IMG/VR virus record: IMGVR_UViG_3300010354_000288
Location: 1 to 34,278 of that record
Length of the DNA: 34,278 nt
Origin: a virus
Lineage: Duplodnaviria > Caudoviricetes
Direction: 5' to 3' (one strand)
Part shown: one piece after another, positions 33,648 to 34,278 of the stretch
Numbering within the stretch: the first letter of the stretch is position 1
Layout of the letters: every line of letters starts with the position of its first letter
Position numbers and translations under genes: made by a program
Notes under the pieces: model-generated
Told to the model about the DNA's origin: nothing
The model's input: the letters and a program-made list of their open reading frames with translations, nothing else
Database searches by the model: none

Positions 33648-34278
33648 CTAATGACCTGATAACCAAAGCGCAGGAACTGTTAGACCGCAAACTGGATGAC
33701 AAACTAAGAGCATCCCAATCTGTCATTCGCGATCTGCGCGGTCAGATTAAATCCAAGGAGCTAAAGATCGATGAACTAGAGAAGACCATCGATCTAATCT
33801 GCCTCCTTCAGAACTCAACAGACAAACCTAAGCCAATCATCACCGCCAAATCAGGGCGCAATCAACTACTGCCTATCATCCAATGGTCAGACTGGCATGT
33901 TGAAGAACTGGTTGATTCCCGCAAGACACAAGGGAAAAACAAATACAACTTGGACATCGCCAAACAGCGGGCTGAGAAATGTGTTCAATCAACCATCAAG
34001 ATGATCCGTCATGCGGGAACATTCGGGAAGGTATCCTCGATGCTTCTAGTCCTCGGGGGTGACTTCATCACTGGAGACATCCACGAAGAACTGAGCGAAA
34101 CCAATCTGCTCGGCCCCTCGGAAGCCTGTGTCTACGCATACGAACTTATCAGCAGCGGGCTCCAAGCATTGGACGCTGAACGCTATCTGAAGGAAGTCCG
34201 CATCCTCTGTCTGGTTGGCAACCATGGTCGTACTACCAAGAAGATGCGATTCAAGAACGGGGCTGAGAAGTCCTTTGA
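33644..34278 (+). CDS. calcineurin-like metallophosphoesterase with an N-terminal coiled coil (3' truncated)
   Basis: Translated from the ATG at 33644: WSDWH, LGGDFITGDIH and VGNHGR motifs; open to the window end. Confidence 0.85.
   Translation, partial: MTNDLITKAQELLDRKLDDKLRASQSVIRDLRGQIKSKELKIDELEKTIDLICLLQNSTDKPKPIITAKSGRNQLLPIIQWSDWHVEELVDSRKTQGKNKYNLDIAKQRAEKCVQSTIKMIRHAGTFGKVSSMLLVLGGDFITGDIHEELSETNLLGPSEACVYAYELISSGLQALDAERYLKEVRILCLVGNHGRTTKKMRFKNGAEKSF

Noticed and set aside
1-34278. Alternative genetic code (stop codon reassignment)
   Set aside because: Genes tile densely under the standard code, TAA, TAG and TGA all end genes at coupled junctions, and conserved proteins are full length.

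Overview
This window is a 34.3-kb fragment of a tailed dsDNA bacteriophage (Caudoviricetes), truncated at both ends. It looks siphovirus-like: a tail tube gene is present and no sheath gene is seen. No integrase, endolysin, rRNA, tRNA or CRISPR array was recognised. Left arm (1-5.9 kb): DNA recombination and repair genes (Sak4/AAA_24-like ATPase, PD-(D/E)xK exonuclease, family-4 uracil-DNA glycosylase, RusA-like resolvase, divergent UvrD-like helicase). Centre (5.8-29.3 kb, nearly all minus strand): a morphogenesis module in rearranged order. In transcription order it runs terminase, [opposite-strand structural-like gene], protease/scaffold, decoration protein, major capsid, holin-like, GC-rich lectin-like insert, head-tail genes, tail tube, tape measure, tail protein, -1 frameshift chaperone pair, portal, a structured 0.4-kb non-coding region, and then a large Cys/poly-Thr protein followed by two glycosyltransferases and a small Cys-rich protein. 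Right arm (29.4-34.3 kb): two DNA methyltransferases, a pyrimidine-dimer glycosylase-family protein, a cassette of tiny Lys-rich proteins and a truncated metallophosphoesterase. The best candidate for a new system is a virion 'mucin' glycosylation operon (poly-Thr/Cys protein, GT2-methyltransferase-CxC fusion, GT2). Next is a putative origin/priming element made of hairpins with a shared 11-nt loop. All calls come from motif recognition by eye; no searches were run.
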